From positions 40,364,001 to 40,428,000 of the forward strand of contig CM119372.1 of the NCBI GenBank assembly GCA_051294905.1: a stretch of 64,000 nt of DNA. Direction: 5' to 3'. Numbering within the stretch: the stretch's first letter is position 1; every line of letters begins with the position of its first letter. Below are positions 63,991 to 64,000 of this stretch, piece by piece. The translations under genes were made by a program, and so were the position numbers. This stretch comes from Botryllus schlosseri. Taxonomy: Eukaryota. The notes beneath the pieces are model-generated. The model was given only the letters and a program-made list of their open reading frames with translations. It was not told the DNA's origin and did no database searches.

Positions 63991-64000
63991 CATGCTGAGA

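Overview
Eukaryotic, intron-rich animal genomic DNA. It is probably an invertebrate chordate such as an ascidian; this is inferred from the chordate-type PRKG1 N-termini, the 55-65 bp minimal introns and the MITE density. The main feature is a complete + strand cGMP-dependent protein kinase I gene (PRKG1-like, 7925-43756), which I reconstructed by hand with every GT-AG junction in phase. It has two alternative N-termini that splice onto 16 shared exons: a PKG-I-alpha type (two exons, about 674 aa) and a PKG-I-beta type (one 1.3 kb exon, about 1021 aa). The beta exon carries an unexpected insertion of about 340 aa between the leucine zipper and the autoinhibitory site. The insertion has basic clusters, Cys clusters and an LC8-like IQT motif, and it is the most novel item in the window. 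The introns are inflated by many hAT-type MITEs with 8-bp TSDs, including a five-level nest. Downstream lie a decayed Ty3/Gypsy element broken by RTE-LINE, SINE and MITE insertions, an internally deleted BED-finger hAT transposon, a four-exon SLC6 transporter fragment with an in-frame stop, and a decayed intron-containing P-element/THAP9-like transposase. All homology calls come from motif recognition, not database searches.
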